Assembly (NCBI GenBank): GCA_963674595.2
Contig: CAXXFV010000003.1
Coordinates: 192,001-256,000, forward strand
Source of the DNA: a bacterium
GTDB taxonomy: Bacteria > Zhuqueibacterota > Zhuqueibacteria > Residuimicrobiales > Krinioviventaceae
Direction of reading: 5' to 3'
DNA: 64,000 nucleotides
Part shown: one piece after another, positions 20,206 to 31,322 of the stretch
How positions within the stretch are numbered: position 1 is the first letter of the stretch
How the letters are laid out: each line of letters begins with the position of its first letter
Program-made: the position numbers and the translations under genes
The notes under the pieces: generated by a model
What the model was told of the DNA's origin: nothing
Databases searched by the model: none
Seen by the model: the letters and a program-made list of their open reading frames with translations, nothing else

Positions 20206-22134
20206 ATGAAGAATAACATTTTTTTCAATTCGACTGTTTTTTTATTTTGTATCGTACTTTTATCATGGCTGTCCTCTCCTTATGCTCAAAATTTGCCGAC
20301 CCATACATCAAATTTATTTTCAGGTTCAGGGAATTGTGCGGTTTGCCATATTGCCTCAGGAGGCGCTTTTATAACACAATCCGGTAAAGACATCTCTCCT
20401 ACCACTCTATGGCGGTCCGCAATGATGGCCAATTCATCAAAAGATCCGATATGGCAGGCAAAAGTAACGGCAGAAGTTGCTGTTCATCCGACATTACAAT
20501 CAGTAATTGAAGACAAGTGCGCTACCTGTCACATGCCCATGGGCAGAACAGAAGCAATTTACAACGGATCAGACCATTACGCATTTAATGATGGAATTTC
20601 AGACGATCTGAGTATGGATGGCGTTAGTTGTACGGTTTGCCACCAGATTCAAAAAGATAATTTTGGACAGGAAAGTTTTTCAGGACAATATAATATTACA
20701 AACGCACATGATATTTTCGGTCCGTATATATCTCCAACCACAATGCCGATGATTAATCAAACAGGATACACACCCGTTTACTCGGACCATGTACACAGTT
20801 CCGATCTCTGTGCAACCTGTCATACACTCTTTACTCCCTATATTGACAATGAAGGACAAATTGCAGGCTATCTACCGGAGCAGACACCCTACTTGGAATG
20901 GGAAAACAGTATTTATCCAAACGAATCCATCGAATGCCAAACATGTCACATGCCGGGCACAGAAGAAGAAATCAAAATATCGGCCCAGCCCGGCTGGCTC
21001 ACCACACTTCGCACCCCGATTTACAGGCATGAATTTGTTGGTGCAAATGTTTTTATGGCCCGTTTGCTCAAAGAAAACAACAATACAATCCTGGCGGCAG
21101 CAACAGATGCCCATTTTGACAGCACCATATCAAAAACCTTAAACATGCTGCAAAACCAAACCATAAACCTGACAGCGCAAGGTCTTCTAGAGTCAGACAC
21201 GTTAAATCTAACCGTATCCATAGAAAATAAATCAGGACACAAGTTTCCGACAGGTTTTCCCAGCAGACGCGCCTGGCTGCATGTTGTTGTTAAAAATAAA
21301 AACAGTGAAACAATTTTCGAATCCGGCGGGTGGACTGAGAATGGCGAAATTGCCGGTCTGGACCAGGATTATGAAATACATCATACGGTAATTAGTTCAC
21401 CAGACCAGGTTCAAATCTATGAATCGGTTATGCACGATGTTGATGATAATGTGACATTTACTCTTTTACGCGGTGCAAAGTATATTAAAGACAACCGTAT
21501 TCCGCCAAAAGGATTCAAGAGTCAACACGAAAATTACCCGTCTACAGCTATTCTGGGCAATGCCGCCGATGATCCTGATTTCAATTACTCTGGTGAAGAT
21601 CAGGAAGGCTCCGGTTCTGACCAGGTCCAATATAAAATTCCCGTTACCAATCCATCCGATGAATTTGAAGTGCTGGTAGAGATGCGCTATCAAACATTGG
21701 CCGTCCTTTTTTTACAAGATTTGTTTTCTCATCAAACTGACCAGATAGCACAATTTTCGGAATATTATGAAAATGCAAACAAGGAACCGATCCTTGTAGC
21801 ATCGGTTTCTGAAAAAATTTCCTCAACAGATGTTAATCATATCAATCCAATACCAAAACAATATGGCCTTTTGAGAAATTATCCGAATCCGTTTAACTGT
21901 TCGACAGTATTAGAGTTTAATATAAAAGAAAAATCCCATGTCAGTTTGCAGATTTATGATCTATTGGGAAGAAAAATTAAAACGATTCTGTCAGGTGAAT
22001 ATATCCCCGGAACCCATCATGCCCGATGGGACGGAAACGACACCTCAGGGCATTCATTACCAAGCGGTATTTATGTCGCAACACTGCAAACAAACAAGGA
22101 AAGGGATCAATTGCGTTTATTATTATTGAAATAA
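20206..22134 (+). CDS. Secreted pentaheme c-type cytochrome with FlgD-Ig/T9SS-like CTD
   Basis: Five CxxCH (CAVCH, CATCH, CTVCH, CATCH, CQTCH); GHKFPTG; NYPNPFN...IYDLLG...WDG..SGIY CTD. Confidence 0.88.
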   Translation: MKNNIFFNSTVFLFCIVLLSWLSSPYAQNLPTHTSNLFSGSGNCAVCHIASGGAFITQSGKDISPTTLWRSAMMANSSKDPIWQAKVTAEVAVHPTLQSVIEDKCATCHMPMGRTEAIYNGSDHYAFNDGISDDLSMDGVSCTVCHQIQKDNFGQESFSGQYNITNAHDIFGPYISPTTMPMINQTGYTPVYSDHVHSSDLCATCHTLFTPYIDNEGQIAGYLPEQTPYLEWENSIYPNESIECQTCHMPGTEEEIKISAQPGWLTTLRTPIYRHEFVGANVFMARLLKENNNTILAAATDAHFDSTISKTLNMLQNQTINLTAQGLLESDTLNLTVSIENKSGHKFPTGFPSRRAWLHVVVKNKNSETIFESGGWTENGEIAGLDQDYEIHHTVISSPDQVQIYESVMHDVDDNVTFTLLRGAKYIKDNRIPPKGFKSQHENYPSTAILGNAADDPDFNYSGEDQEGSGSDQVQYKIPVTNPSDEFEVLVEMRYQTLAVLFLQDLFSHQTDQIAQFSEYYENANKEPILVASVSEKISSTDVNHINPIPKQYGLLRNYPNPFNCSTVLEFNIKEKSHVSLQIYDLLGRKIKTILSGEYIPGTHHARWDGNDTSGHSLPSGIYVATLQTNKERDQLRLLLLK

Positions 22135-22234
22135 CTCTGACCATATTACCCAAAAACCGATTTTTTTAATAAATGATTTTTCCGAAAAGACGGTCACGTT
22201 AACGGGATAGACGAATAACATTCAGGGAGAGAAC

Positions 22235-22918
22235 ATGATAATCACATTTCTTTTGGCTTTAGCAGGACCCCTTGCCGTTTTTATCGGACTCGTAATTTTT
22301 AAAAACGCTTTTATCACCTTTTTACTATTTCATGGATTTGTGTGTGTCGGTATTCCGGTTGTTGATTTATGTATCATAAAAAAATATAGCCTGCGCTCAA
22401 TAATTAAATCACTCGGCTTAATTCATTCCGCCAAATCATTAAGAATCGGGACATGCTGGGGAATAATTTTCTTAACAACGATCATGTTGTTCTTTTATAT
22501 TTTTAAAGATCACCTGATTCAAATCAATGACATTCAATTACTGTTAAAATCCTGGAACATTCAAAAGGGCCATCTTTATATTTTGTTGTTTGTTATGGTC
22601 TTTGCCAACTCGTTTTTGGAGGAAATTTACTGGAGGGGGTATATTTTTAACAGGTTAAAAGCACATTTCAACATCAAATATGTCATTCTAATTTCTTCTC
22701 TTTTTTACGCCTCTTATCATTACATTACAACAGCAAATTTATTTTCAATACAAATCGGGGCCATATTTACAACTGTTATATTTTTGACCGGGATCTTTTG
22801 GGGGACCATGAGAGAACAATTTGGTTCTCTATATGTCCCAATCATCAGTCATTTTTTGGCGGATATGGCAATAATGATCATCTACCTTGTTTTTATTCAA
22901 CCATATATTAACTGTTAA
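22235..22918 (+). CDS. CPBP (CAAX/Abi) intramembrane metalloprotease
   Basis: EEIYWRG, FYASYH, SHFLAD motifs; multi-TM. Confidence 0.88.
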   Translation: MIITFLLALAGPLAVFIGLVIFKNAFITFLLFHGFVCVGIPVVDLCIIKKYSLRSIIKSLGLIHSAKSLRIGTCWGIIFLTTIMLFFYIFKDHLIQINDIQLLLKSWNIQKGHLYILLFVMVFANSFLEEIYWRGYIFNRLKAHFNIKYVILISSLFYASYHYITTANLFSIQIGAIFTTVIFLTGIFWGTMREQFGSLYVPIISHFLADMAIMIIYLVFIQPYINC

Positions 22919-22975
22919 AACAGCATTAAAAGAAAAAGATATGTCACGTCATTAGATGACAATTCTTATTATTGT

Positions 22976-23006
22976 ATCGGGCCCTGAAAACAGGGCCCGA
23001 TTTTTA
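22976..23006 (+). terminator. Intrinsic terminator
   Basis: ATCGGGCCCTG-AAAA-CAGGGCCCGAT followed by T-run. Confidence 0.85.
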
Positions 23007-23047
23007 TCACTGCATTCCTTTATTCTGCAAAAATCAACACCTCATCT

Positions 23048-23100
23048 ATCTCAATATTTTTCAAAAACCCCTTGCTCTGATTTCATATAATTTGTACTAT
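23048..23100 (+). promoter_or_regulatory. Member of repeated promoter family
   Basis: CTCAATATTTTTCAAAAACCCC-TTGCTC(23072)-17-TACTAT(23095). Confidence 0.75.
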
Positions 23101-23217
23101 TAAGCGTCATTAAAAGCCGGTCATTATAAACGGCAGATACTCATATACATGCTATTCGAAAATTGTGTTCTTGAAAATCTTGAATAATGATACATTAAAC
23201 CGGAAAAGGAACAAAGA

Positions 23218-24705
23218 ATGAAAAGCAGCCTGGATTGGATTGTTGTAACAATATATGCTCTTGGAATGCTTGCAATTGGGTTCTATTTCAAACGCAAGAC
23301 AAAAACAACCGACGACTATATGTTGGGCGGCCGGAAAATGAAATCATGGAGCGTGGGTCTCTCTCTGTTTGCCACGCTGTTTAGCGCAATCACTTATCTG
23401 GCTATGCCGGGCGAAATGGTCAAACACGGTCCGATGATGTGGAGCAAAATTGCCTGCCTGCCCTTTGTTTACGGCGTTGTGGGCTGGTTTTTAATCCCGC
23501 ATATTATGAAACTTCGTGTATCAAGCGCTTATGAGCTGCTGGAAGTACGTCTCGGCGTTAAAATCCGAACTCTGGCGTCTGTGTTCTTTCTGCTCATGCG
23601 TTTGATTTGGATGGCTGTCATTATTTTTATGGTCGCTGAAAAAGTGATCGTGCCTATTATGGGATGGTCGGAAGGAACAGCGATTTGGGTGAGCATTGCA
23701 CTTGGGCTGTTTACAATAGCATATACCTCCCTGGGAGGCTTACGTGGTGTTGTACTGACGGATGTCATTCAGAGCTTTATACTGTTCGGCGGAACAATTC
23801 TGGCAATAATTATCATCACCAGCCATTTTGGCAGCTTTTCAGCAATGATTCCAACCCAATGGCCTGCACATTGGGCACCCTGGAAGTTTTTTGATGCCAA
23901 TGCCAGGGTGAGTTTTATGACCATGAATATTGCCGTTTTCGGCATGTATGTGTGTACGGCAGGCTCGGACCAGATGTCGATCCAGCGATATTTATCCACC
24001 CGGGACGCCAAAGCCGCACGAAAAGCATTTCTTACGTCGCTGATCGCAAACGGCGTGGTCTATATTATGCTGGCAGTATTGGGAATCGCCCTGATGGCCT
24101 ATTACCAGGCAAATCCGGGTTTTATTATGGAAGGTGAAACCTTGACCTCAGCGGCTGACTCGCTATTGCCGCATTTTATTGTGAATGGCTTTCCAATCGG
24201 TATATCTGGACTTGTGTTTTCAGGACTGCTTGCCGCTGCAATGTCCAGCCTGTCATCGGGTATCAATTCGTCCAGTTTGGTTGTAATCAATGATTTTATT
24301 ATCCGATTCAAAAAGCAGGAATTATCTCAGGATACACAGGTAAAATGGGCGCGGCTTATTTCAGTGGCAATTGGACTGGTCATTATTCTGCTCAGTTTTG
24401 TTATGGACAATGTCAGCGGTAACCTTATCGAGATCACCTTTAAAACAGTCAACCTGCTGATAGCACCGCTCTTTGTTCCGTTTTTTATGGCTATGTTTAT
24501 CAAACGCTCCGTTGAAAATGCGGTGGTGATCGGTACGGTCATCAGCGCATTGACGGCAACTTTTATCAGCTTTTCAAATGAGATGTTTGGATTATCCATT
24601 TCATTTTTATGGATTTTACCGGGATCATTTGCAGTAGGTGTGGTGGTCAGTTATTTGTTGAGTTTTGTGTTACCTGATAATAAAATAAAATATGCGGAAG
24701 GTTAA
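23218..24705 (+). CDS. Sodium:solute symporter (SSS family)
   Basis: DYMLGGR, SAYELLEVRLG, YTSLGGLRGVVLTDVIQ, DQMSIQRYL, AAAMSSLSS. Confidence 0.93.
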   Translation: MKSSLDWIVVTIYALGMLAIGFYFKRKTKTTDDYMLGGRKMKSWSVGLSLFATLFSAITYLAMPGEMVKHGPMMWSKIACLPFVYGVVGWFLIPHIMKLRVSSAYELLEVRLGVKIRTLASVFFLLMRLIWMAVIIFMVAEKVIVPIMGWSEGTAIWVSIALGLFTIAYTSLGGLRGVVLTDVIQSFILFGGTILAIIIITSHFGSFSAMIPTQWPAHWAPWKFFDANARVSFMTMNIAVFGMYVCTAGSDQMSIQRYLSTRDAKAARKAFLTSLIANGVVYIMLAVLGIALMAYYQANPGFIMEGETLTSAADSLLPHFIVNGFPIGISGLVFSGLLAAAMSSLSSGINSSSLVVINDFIIRFKKQELSQDTQVKWARLISVAIGLVIILLSFVMDNVSGNLIEITFKTVNLLIAPLFVPFFMAMFIKRSVENAVVIGTVISALTATFISFSNEMFGLSISFLWILPGSFAVGVVVSYLLSFVLPDNKIKYAEG

Positions 24706-26991
24706 ATGGGAATGGAAATAGAAAAACCGTCATTTAAAGGACGGCAGGTTAAAAAAGAAATTACAGAACCATACGATTTGGTCGTATGCGGCGGCGGATT
24801 GGCCGGCGTATGTGCCGCATTGGCATCCAGTCGCCTCGGACTCAGAACGGCACTCATTCAGGACCGGCCTGTACTGGGCGGAAACAGCAGCAGCGAAGTT
24901 CGTGTCCCCCTGGGAGGCGCGGCAAACGGCAATCCCTGGGCCCGGGAAAGCGGTATTATTGAAGAGCTGCTGCTCACGGAACGTTTTAACAATTTTACAG
25001 CACGTCGTGAGAGTATGATCAACGATGTGTGGGACCTGGTGCTGTATGATGCCTGCCGCCAGGAAAAAAATCTCGAACTTTACCTTGACACACTGGTTCG
25101 CCAGGTCAAAATGGAAAATAACCGTATAACAGCGGTCATGGCAAGTCAACTGGCCAGCGAGCGTGAATTTGAAATTAATGGAACTTTGTTTGTCGATGCC
25201 ACCGGTGACGGCACAATTGCCTGGCATGCCGGTGCGGAATACCGAATCGGTCGTGAAGGCAAGGATGAATTTGATGAAATGTGGGCGCCCGACAAACCGG
25301 ATATGGGCATTATGGGGAGTTCCATTCTGTTTGCTGTTCGGGATGTAGGCAAACCCGTACATTTTAATCCACCGCCCTGGGCCGAAATCTATCCGGCTGA
25401 CAGCATCATTATGAAAACACGATTTCATGAACGGATTCCCGGGCATTGGTGGATTGAAGTGGGATTCCCCTTTGATACAATCTATGAAAATGAAAAAATT
25501 CGAGATGAACTAATGCGGCACGTTGTCGGCGTTTGGGACCACCTAAAAAACCAGGCTGATCATGGATTTGCCAATTTTGCACTGGACTGGATCGGTAAAA
25601 TTCCGGGCAAACGTGAAAGCCGTCGGATTATGGGTGATTATGTACTCACCGGCAATGATGTCAGCCAGGGTAAAATTTTTCCCGATGCTGTTACACATGG
25701 CGGCTGGTATTTTGATTTGCACACGCCGGGCGGTATATTGGCAAAAGACCAGTTCCCTGAGCCGACCTATGGAGATGCATCGTTAATTGATTTGTGTGAA
25801 GTCCCGGTCTATTCCATTCCGCTTCGTAGCCTGTATTCCAAAGATGTTGATAATCTGTTTTTAGCGGGCCGGGATATATCAGTGACGCATGTCGCACTAG
25901 GCAGTGTGCGTTTGATGAGTACCTGCGCAGCAATGGGACAGGCCGTTGGTACGGCCGCCTGGATTTGTAAAAAATTCAATTTGCAGCCCAAAGACGTCTA
26001 TCCTGAAAAAATGGACCGGTTGAAACAACAGCTTCTCAAAGATGATCACTATGTCCCGGCTGCCGGGAATACTGATACGGCGGACCTGGCACGGACCGCA
26101 AAGGTATCTGCGACCAGTTCCTCACCGCTGCTATTCCCGGAACCGACCGTACCGCGACAGATGGATGTTCCGCTTGGACTGATATTTCCGGTATCAACTA
26201 AAAAGCTGGAAACCGTCAGCTTTTTAATGGATGCCGTTAAAGATACAAAGGTCACCATTCATCTAAAAGAAACAGACAGAACTTGTGAATATAAAGACGA
26301 AACAGACGTAACATCGGCAACCGCCGAGGTTAAAGCAGGACAAAAGCAGTGGGTAAATTTCAAACTTTTAACTGAAACGAATGCGAACAGTCTTTATTGG
26401 GTAACTTTTGATGCAAATCCGGAAATTCATATTTATGGAACCCCAAAGTGGCCCATTACAGGTACGGTTACGCTGCACAAACCGTTTAAAAGATGGCACT
26501 ATTTAAAACCAAGCCTGAGCTGGCAAAATTTACAGGCTGTGCATAAACGATGGAACCTTTGTATGAAAACGGACCCTATGCAAAATCCCTATCAACCTGA
26601 AAACATACTGTCCGGTGTTACCAGACCGGACAATTGGACGCATCTTTGGGTATCTGATCCACGGCAGTCATTGCCCCAGAGTGCTACTTTGGAATTCGAA
26701 ACGGCAATTTCATTTACAAAAATATATCTGACATTCGATACAAATCTTGTCCTCTTTCCCAATCTTCACATGCCGACATGGCAAGCACCGGAGGAAACGT
26801 TCAGGGATTATCAGCTCTGTTATGAACTAAATGGTGAATGGAAAGAACTCGGCACATTTAAGAACAACTTTTTAAGACGACGCATACACACCTTTGAAAG
26901 GATAAAAGCTGACAAAATTAAAGTCAACGTGTTATCCACCTGGGGTGATCCCTCAGCCCGTATTTTTGAAATTCGCGTATACGATGAATAG
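24706..26991 (+). CDS. FAD-dependent oxidoreductase with C-terminal discoidin-like domains
   Basis: VVCGGGLAG, DRPVLGGNSSSE, DATGDG, GKRESRR, SIPLRSLYS, RLMSTC..GQA.G. Confidence 0.88.
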   Translation: MGMEIEKPSFKGRQVKKEITEPYDLVVCGGGLAGVCAALASSRLGLRTALIQDRPVLGGNSSSEVRVPLGGAANGNPWARESGIIEELLLTERFNNFTARRESMINDVWDLVLYDACRQEKNLELYLDTLVRQVKMENNRITAVMASQLASEREFEINGTLFVDATGDGTIAWHAGAEYRIGREGKDEFDEMWAPDKPDMGIMGSSILFAVRDVGKPVHFNPPPWAEIYPADSIIMKTRFHERIPGHWWIEVGFPFDTIYENEKIRDELMRHVVGVWDHLKNQADHGFANFALDWIGKIPGKRESRRIMGDYVLTGNDVSQGKIFPDAVTHGGWYFDLHTPGGILAKDQFPEPTYGDASLIDLCEVPVYSIPLRSLYSKDVDNLFLAGRDISVTHVALGSVRLMSTCAAMGQAVGTAAWICKKFNLQPKDVYPEKMDRLKQQLLKDDHYVPAAGNTDTADLARTAKVSATSSSPLLFPEPTVPRQMDVPLGLIFPVSTKKLETVSFLMDAVKDTKVTIHLKETDRTCEYKDETDVTSATAEVKAGQKQWVNFKLLTETNANSLYWVTFDANPEIHIYGTPKWPITGTVTLHKPFKRWHYLKPSLSWQNLQAVHKRWNLCMKTDPMQNPYQPENILSGVTRPDNWTHLWVSDPRQSLPQSATLEFETAISFTKIYLTFDTNLVLFPNLHMPTWQAPEETFRDYQLCYELNGEWKELGTFKNNFLRRRIHTFERIKADKIKVNVLSTWGDPSARIFEIRVYDE

Positions 26992-27036
26992 GTTTATCGA
27001 AAGTAATGTATTCATATACGCTACAGACCGCTGCTC

Positions 27037-28763
27037 GGGGGCTGTATCAAAAGTTCTTTATAATAAGATAAAAAATAAGTATAATTTTAAAAAAAGGAAA
27101 GTAATACGAGTAGAGAGCGGATGAAAAAGTTTAGAGAAGTCCATCAGAACCAAATAATGTTATTGCCACCGAGCCTGGATGAATTTATAGACAAAAACCA
27201 TCTGGTCCGGGTATTGGATTCTGTAATAGATCGAATTTCTTCAAAATCCATAGAAAATCGTTTTAGCGGAGGCGGCACACCGTCCTATCATCCGCGAATG
27301 ATGCTCAAAGTTATTTTATATGCTTATATTTGTCATATTTATAGTTGTCGTAAAATCGCCAAAGCACTGCGTGAAGATTTACCCTTTATGTGGCTTTCCG
27401 GTATGAGCCGTCCTGATTTTAATACAGTAAATCGTTTTCGCAGTGAGTACTTTCGCAACACGATGGAAGATATTTTTAGCCAGGTATTGCTGTTTCTAGA
27501 AGCAGAAGGCTATATTGATTTAAAAAATTATTTTGTTGATGGCAGTAAATTTGAGGCAAACGCAGGTAAATACACCTACGTGTGGAGAAAAAATACCGAA
27601 CGTTATAAAGCCGCTGTAAAGCAACGGGTCCAATCCCTATTTCACGAGATTGATGAGCTTAATGCTGAAGAGGACTTGAAATATGGGGAAAGCGATCTAC
27701 CGGAGCGGGGAGAGCATTCGGACATCACGGCTGAGAACATTGAAAAGGTTGCAGAAGAAATCAACGAACGACTGGAAAAAGAAGGGAATAAGAAAAAGGC
27801 CCGCTCTTTAAAAAGCCGGGCCAACAAGCTGAAGAAGGAATCGGAAAAATTGGCCAAATATGAGGACCAGGAAAATAAACTTGCCGGCCGCAACTCTTAT
27901 TCCAAAACAGACACCGACTCAACCTTTATGCGAATGAAAGATGAAACGCTTCGGCCTGCCTATAATGTGCAAATCAGTACCAACCACCAATTTCTTGTCA
28001 ATTATTCTGTTGGTCAAAATGCATCGGACTCAGCCAGCTTTCCAGCCCATCTTTTCAAGATCGTCAAGCGGAATGAAAAATTTATTCCAGAGACCTATAC
28101 CGGAGACTGTGGCTATGGCAATCATGAAAACTATTTACTTTTGTCTGAATATAAAATAGAAAACTTTTTGAAATATGGTTCGTTCCATCGAGAACAAAGC
28201 CGTAGTTTTCGTCAAAATATCTTTCATCGAGATAATATGAGATATGATAAGCAGCAGGATTGCTTCTATTGTCCGGCAGACAGAGCGCTCTGGTTCCGGG
28301 ATATAAGGACCAGGAAAACAGCAACAGGGTTCCTCAATCAACAACGTGTTTATGAATGTGAAGATTGTGGCGGTTGTTCACATGCCGAAAAATGTAAAAG
28401 AGGTGCTGGCCATCGAACAGTGCAGATAAATCGTGAATTGGAAAAATTCAAGGCAAAAGCCCGCGAGAATTTGAATTCTGAAAAAGGTATAAAACTCCGT
28501 AAAAAAAGAGGCAATGAAGTTGAAACCCCATTTGCTGATTTCAAGAAAAACCAAAAATTCAGTAAATTTAGTTTAAGGGGAATTGAAAAAGTAAACCATG
28601 AATTTGGGTTGCTATGCTTGGCATTTAATATCCGAAAATACTATAAAAAATCAGGAAATTAAAAAAATATAAAGCCCGCTTCTCTTAAAGCAGGCTTCAT
28701 TTCTAAATAATACTAAAATTACTTTATTGAATTGCAGTTTTTTGGGCTTTTGATACAGCCCCC
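27037..28763 (+). mobile_element. IS1182-family insertion sequence (~1.73 kb)
   Basis: Perfect 17-bp terminal IR GGGGGCTGTATCAAAAG (27037) / CTTTTGATACAGCCCCC (ends 28763). Confidence 0.92.
27121..28662 (+). CDS. IS1182-family transposase, intact
   Basis: YHPRMMLK, PDFNTVNRFR, VDGSKFEANA, SKTDTDS.FM.MK, YNVQ, DCGY, VETPFA. Confidence 0.95.
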   Translation: MKKFREVHQNQIMLLPPSLDEFIDKNHLVRVLDSVIDRISSKSIENRFSGGGTPSYHPRMMLKVILYAYICHIYSCRKIAKALREDLPFMWLSGMSRPDFNTVNRFRSEYFRNTMEDIFSQVLLFLEAEGYIDLKNYFVDGSKFEANAGKYTYVWRKNTERYKAAVKQRVQSLFHEIDELNAEEDLKYGESDLPERGEHSDITAENIEKVAEEINERLEKEGNKKKARSLKSRANKLKKESEKLAKYEDQENKLAGRNSYSKTDTDSTFMRMKDETLRPAYNVQISTNHQFLVNYSVGQNASDSASFPAHLFKIVKRNEKFIPETYTGDCGYGNHENYLLLSEYKIENFLKYGSFHREQSRSFRQNIFHRDNMRYDKQQDCFYCPADRALWFRDIRTRKTATGFLNQQRVYECEDCGGCSHAEKCKRGAGHRTVQINRELEKFKAKARENLNSEKGIKLRKKRGNEVETPFADFKKNQKFSKFSLRGIEKVNHEFGLLCLAFNIRKYYKKSGN

Positions 28764-28974
28764 GTAAACAACCAATTATGCAAACTTCCCCTCGCCCACC
28801 AAAACAAATGGAATAACGTTTCATTTATAACACCCATAAATCACAAAATCAGTTGCTTAAATTCCTGATCAGCCTTACATTAAAACCATACAAACATATC
28901 TCTGAAAAAAAATATACGCTGTCGTATTTTATTCACTTATTTTAGCCGCTAAATAACGCACACAAAAATGGAAA

Positions 28975-30537
28975 ATGATGAATAATATAAACCAAACAAG
29001 ACGTAATTTTCTAAAAACAATCAATCTCGGTACCGCAGCAATGATGCTGTCCGGTATGGGTTGTTCCGTAAAAAAAAATAAATTGCCCAACATTGTATTA
29101 ATCCTTGCTGACGATATGGGTGTGGATTCGGTAGCAGCATTGAATGATAAATTAGGCATCCCCACACCAAATCTCGATGTGCTCCTCAAACAAAGTACAA
29201 GCTTTAGTGATGCGCATTCCGGCTCGGCTGTCTGTTCACCAACCCGCTATGGTGTGTTGACCGGCCGGTATTCGTGGAGAAGCCGCTTAAAACGGAGTAT
29301 TGTGTACCAGTGGGAGCATCCGTTAATTGAAAAAGACCGATTAACTTTACCACAGATGTTAAAAAACGCCGGTTACGATACGGCATGCATCGGTAAATGG
29401 CATTTGGGATGGAACTGGCCCGGAAAAGACGGTGGTTTTACCGAAAATCTGCAGGAAATTGACTTCACTAAAAAAATCAACGGCGGGCCCATGGGATGTG
29501 GTTTTGACTATTATTTTGGAGATGATGTACCGAACTGGCCGCCGTTTGTGTGGATTGAAAACGGGTATATGCAGGGTGTTCCCGATAAAAATCTCTCCTT
29601 TGAAGAGCACTATCACGCTGAAAAAGGAATGGGTGTTGAAGGCTGGGACCTTGAAACGGTGTTACCAACCATCACTCAAAAATCCGTTGAATATATTCAT
29701 CAACAGGCACAGACAAAAGAGCCGTTTTTTCTCTATTTTCCAATGACATCTCCGCATACACCTATTGCTCCGTCAAAGGCATTTCAGGGTAAAAGCGGCA
29801 TTAGCCCCTATGCTGACTATATAATGGAGACGGATTGGTGCGTTGGGCAAATCATGAAAGCACTGGATGATAATAACGTTGCAGACAACACCCTGCTCAT
29901 TTTTACAACAGACAATGGAACTTCTCCTGTTTGTAATTTTTCCGAACTTTTAGAAAAAAATGTAAAGCTGCAAAATCATTGGCGGGGCATGAAAGCAGAC
30001 GCCCTTGAAGGCGGTCACCGGGTACCCTTTATCGTCCGCTGGCCGGGGCATATCAAACCAAACACAACCTCAGACCAGACCATTTCTCTGGTTGATATTA
30101 TGGCAACCTGTGCCGATGCCGCAGGACTTGAAATTCCTGATACAGCCGCCGAGGACAGTATCAGCCTGATGCCGGTACTAAAAGGTGAAAACATGGATGG
30201 GCCTTTGCATGAAGCGGTTATTTGTCACTCTTATACCGGTGTTTTTGTAGTGCGAAAAGGAACATGGAAACTCCAGTATTCTGCCGGTTCCGGCGGCTGG
30301 AGCAAACCGAACGATAAAGAGGCCATAGAGCAGGGCCTCCCCACATGGCAGCTTTATGATCTCTCTTCAGATCCAAAAGAAACAAAAAATTTAATCGACA
30401 AACACCCTGATTTGGTTAAACAAATGACGGATATATTACGTAAATATGTTGAAAACGGACGGTCCACACCCGGCACACCGCAGCAAAATGATAAAGGTGA
30501 AATTTGGTGGGAAGGATTGCCCTGGGACAAAAATTAA
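28975..30537 (+). CDS. Arylsulfatase, Tat-exported lipoprotein
   Basis: RRNFLK..GMGC; PNIVLILADDMG; CSPTR; GKWHLG; EGGHRVP. Confidence 0.93.
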   Translation: MMNNINQTRRNFLKTINLGTAAMMLSGMGCSVKKNKLPNIVLILADDMGVDSVAALNDKLGIPTPNLDVLLKQSTSFSDAHSGSAVCSPTRYGVLTGRYSWRSRLKRSIVYQWEHPLIEKDRLTLPQMLKNAGYDTACIGKWHLGWNWPGKDGGFTENLQEIDFTKKINGGPMGCGFDYYFGDDVPNWPPFVWIENGYMQGVPDKNLSFEEHYHAEKGMGVEGWDLETVLPTITQKSVEYIHQQAQTKEPFFLYFPMTSPHTPIAPSKAFQGKSGISPYADYIMETDWCVGQIMKALDDNNVADNTLLIFTTDNGTSPVCNFSELLEKNVKLQNHWRGMKADALEGGHRVPFIVRWPGHIKPNTTSDQTISLVDIMATCADAAGLEIPDTAAEDSISLMPVLKGENMDGPLHEAVICHSYTGVFVVRKGTWKLQYSAGSGGWSKPNDKEAIEQGLPTWQLYDLSSDPKETKNLIDKHPDLVKQMTDILRKYVENGRSTPGTPQQNDKGEIWWEGLPWDKN

Positions 30538-30602
30538 TCTAGTACACAAAAATATTCAGTACATGTAATGTGATTATTAAAAACTTGAATGTGGATACAA
30601 CT

Positions 30603-31322
30603 ATGACAAAATTATATTCGGAACTGGCACAAGTATATTACGAAATGTATCAATCTCTTTTTGATTATAAAAAAGAATTTATCTTTTATGAAAAGTATTT
30701 AAATAAATATAATTGCAAATCGGTCCTTGACCTGGGCTGCGGAAACGGAAATTTGGCACCCTATTTTCTTGCTTCAAATTACAATTATACCGGTTTGGAC
30801 CTGTATGCCGAAATGCTGGAAATTGCCCGCAAAAACAATCCCGATGCTCATTTTATCCAGGGAGACATCAGAAATTTACAATTGACTGAAAAGTTTGATG
30901 CGGTTATTATCCCCGGAAGAAGTTTTTGTTACATGACAACCAATGATGATGTCATGCAGGCACTGCAATCCATACACAATACATTAAAAAATGACGGGAT
31001 TCTGATTTTTGATAATTTCAGGGCACAAATCATTTTTGCGGCTGTTAGTAAAGAATTTGAAAATACCGTTGAATATAACAATAGAAAATATAAAAGGATA
31101 AGCATCAACTCACCCAACCTGCAAACAGGCTGGACATGGAACTGGCACGCAACCTATCATATTGAGGAAAAAGGAAAAGCGACAAAAACAATAGTCGATG
31201 AATCCATATTACGTTCTTTTACAATTGATGAATTGAAATTGTTTTGCCAATTGAATAAATTTGATATAATTGAAATCATTAAAGACAATTCCTCATTTAC
31301 CACCATTGCCCGGAAAAGTTGA
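30603..31322 (+). CDS. Class I SAM-dependent methyltransferase
   Basis: VLDLGCGNG, GLDL, QGDIR, FDAV motifs. Confidence 0.9.
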   Translation: MTKLYSELAQVYYEMYQSLFDYKKEFIFYEKYLNKYNCKSVLDLGCGNGNLAPYFLASNYNYTGLDLYAEMLEIARKNNPDAHFIQGDIRNLQLTEKFDAVIIPGRSFCYMTTNDDVMQALQSIHNTLKNDGILIFDNFRAQIIFAAVSKEFENTVEYNNRKYKRISINSPNLQTGWTWNWHATYHIEEKGKATKTIVDESILRSFTIDELKLFCQLNKFDIIEIIKDNSSFTTIARKS

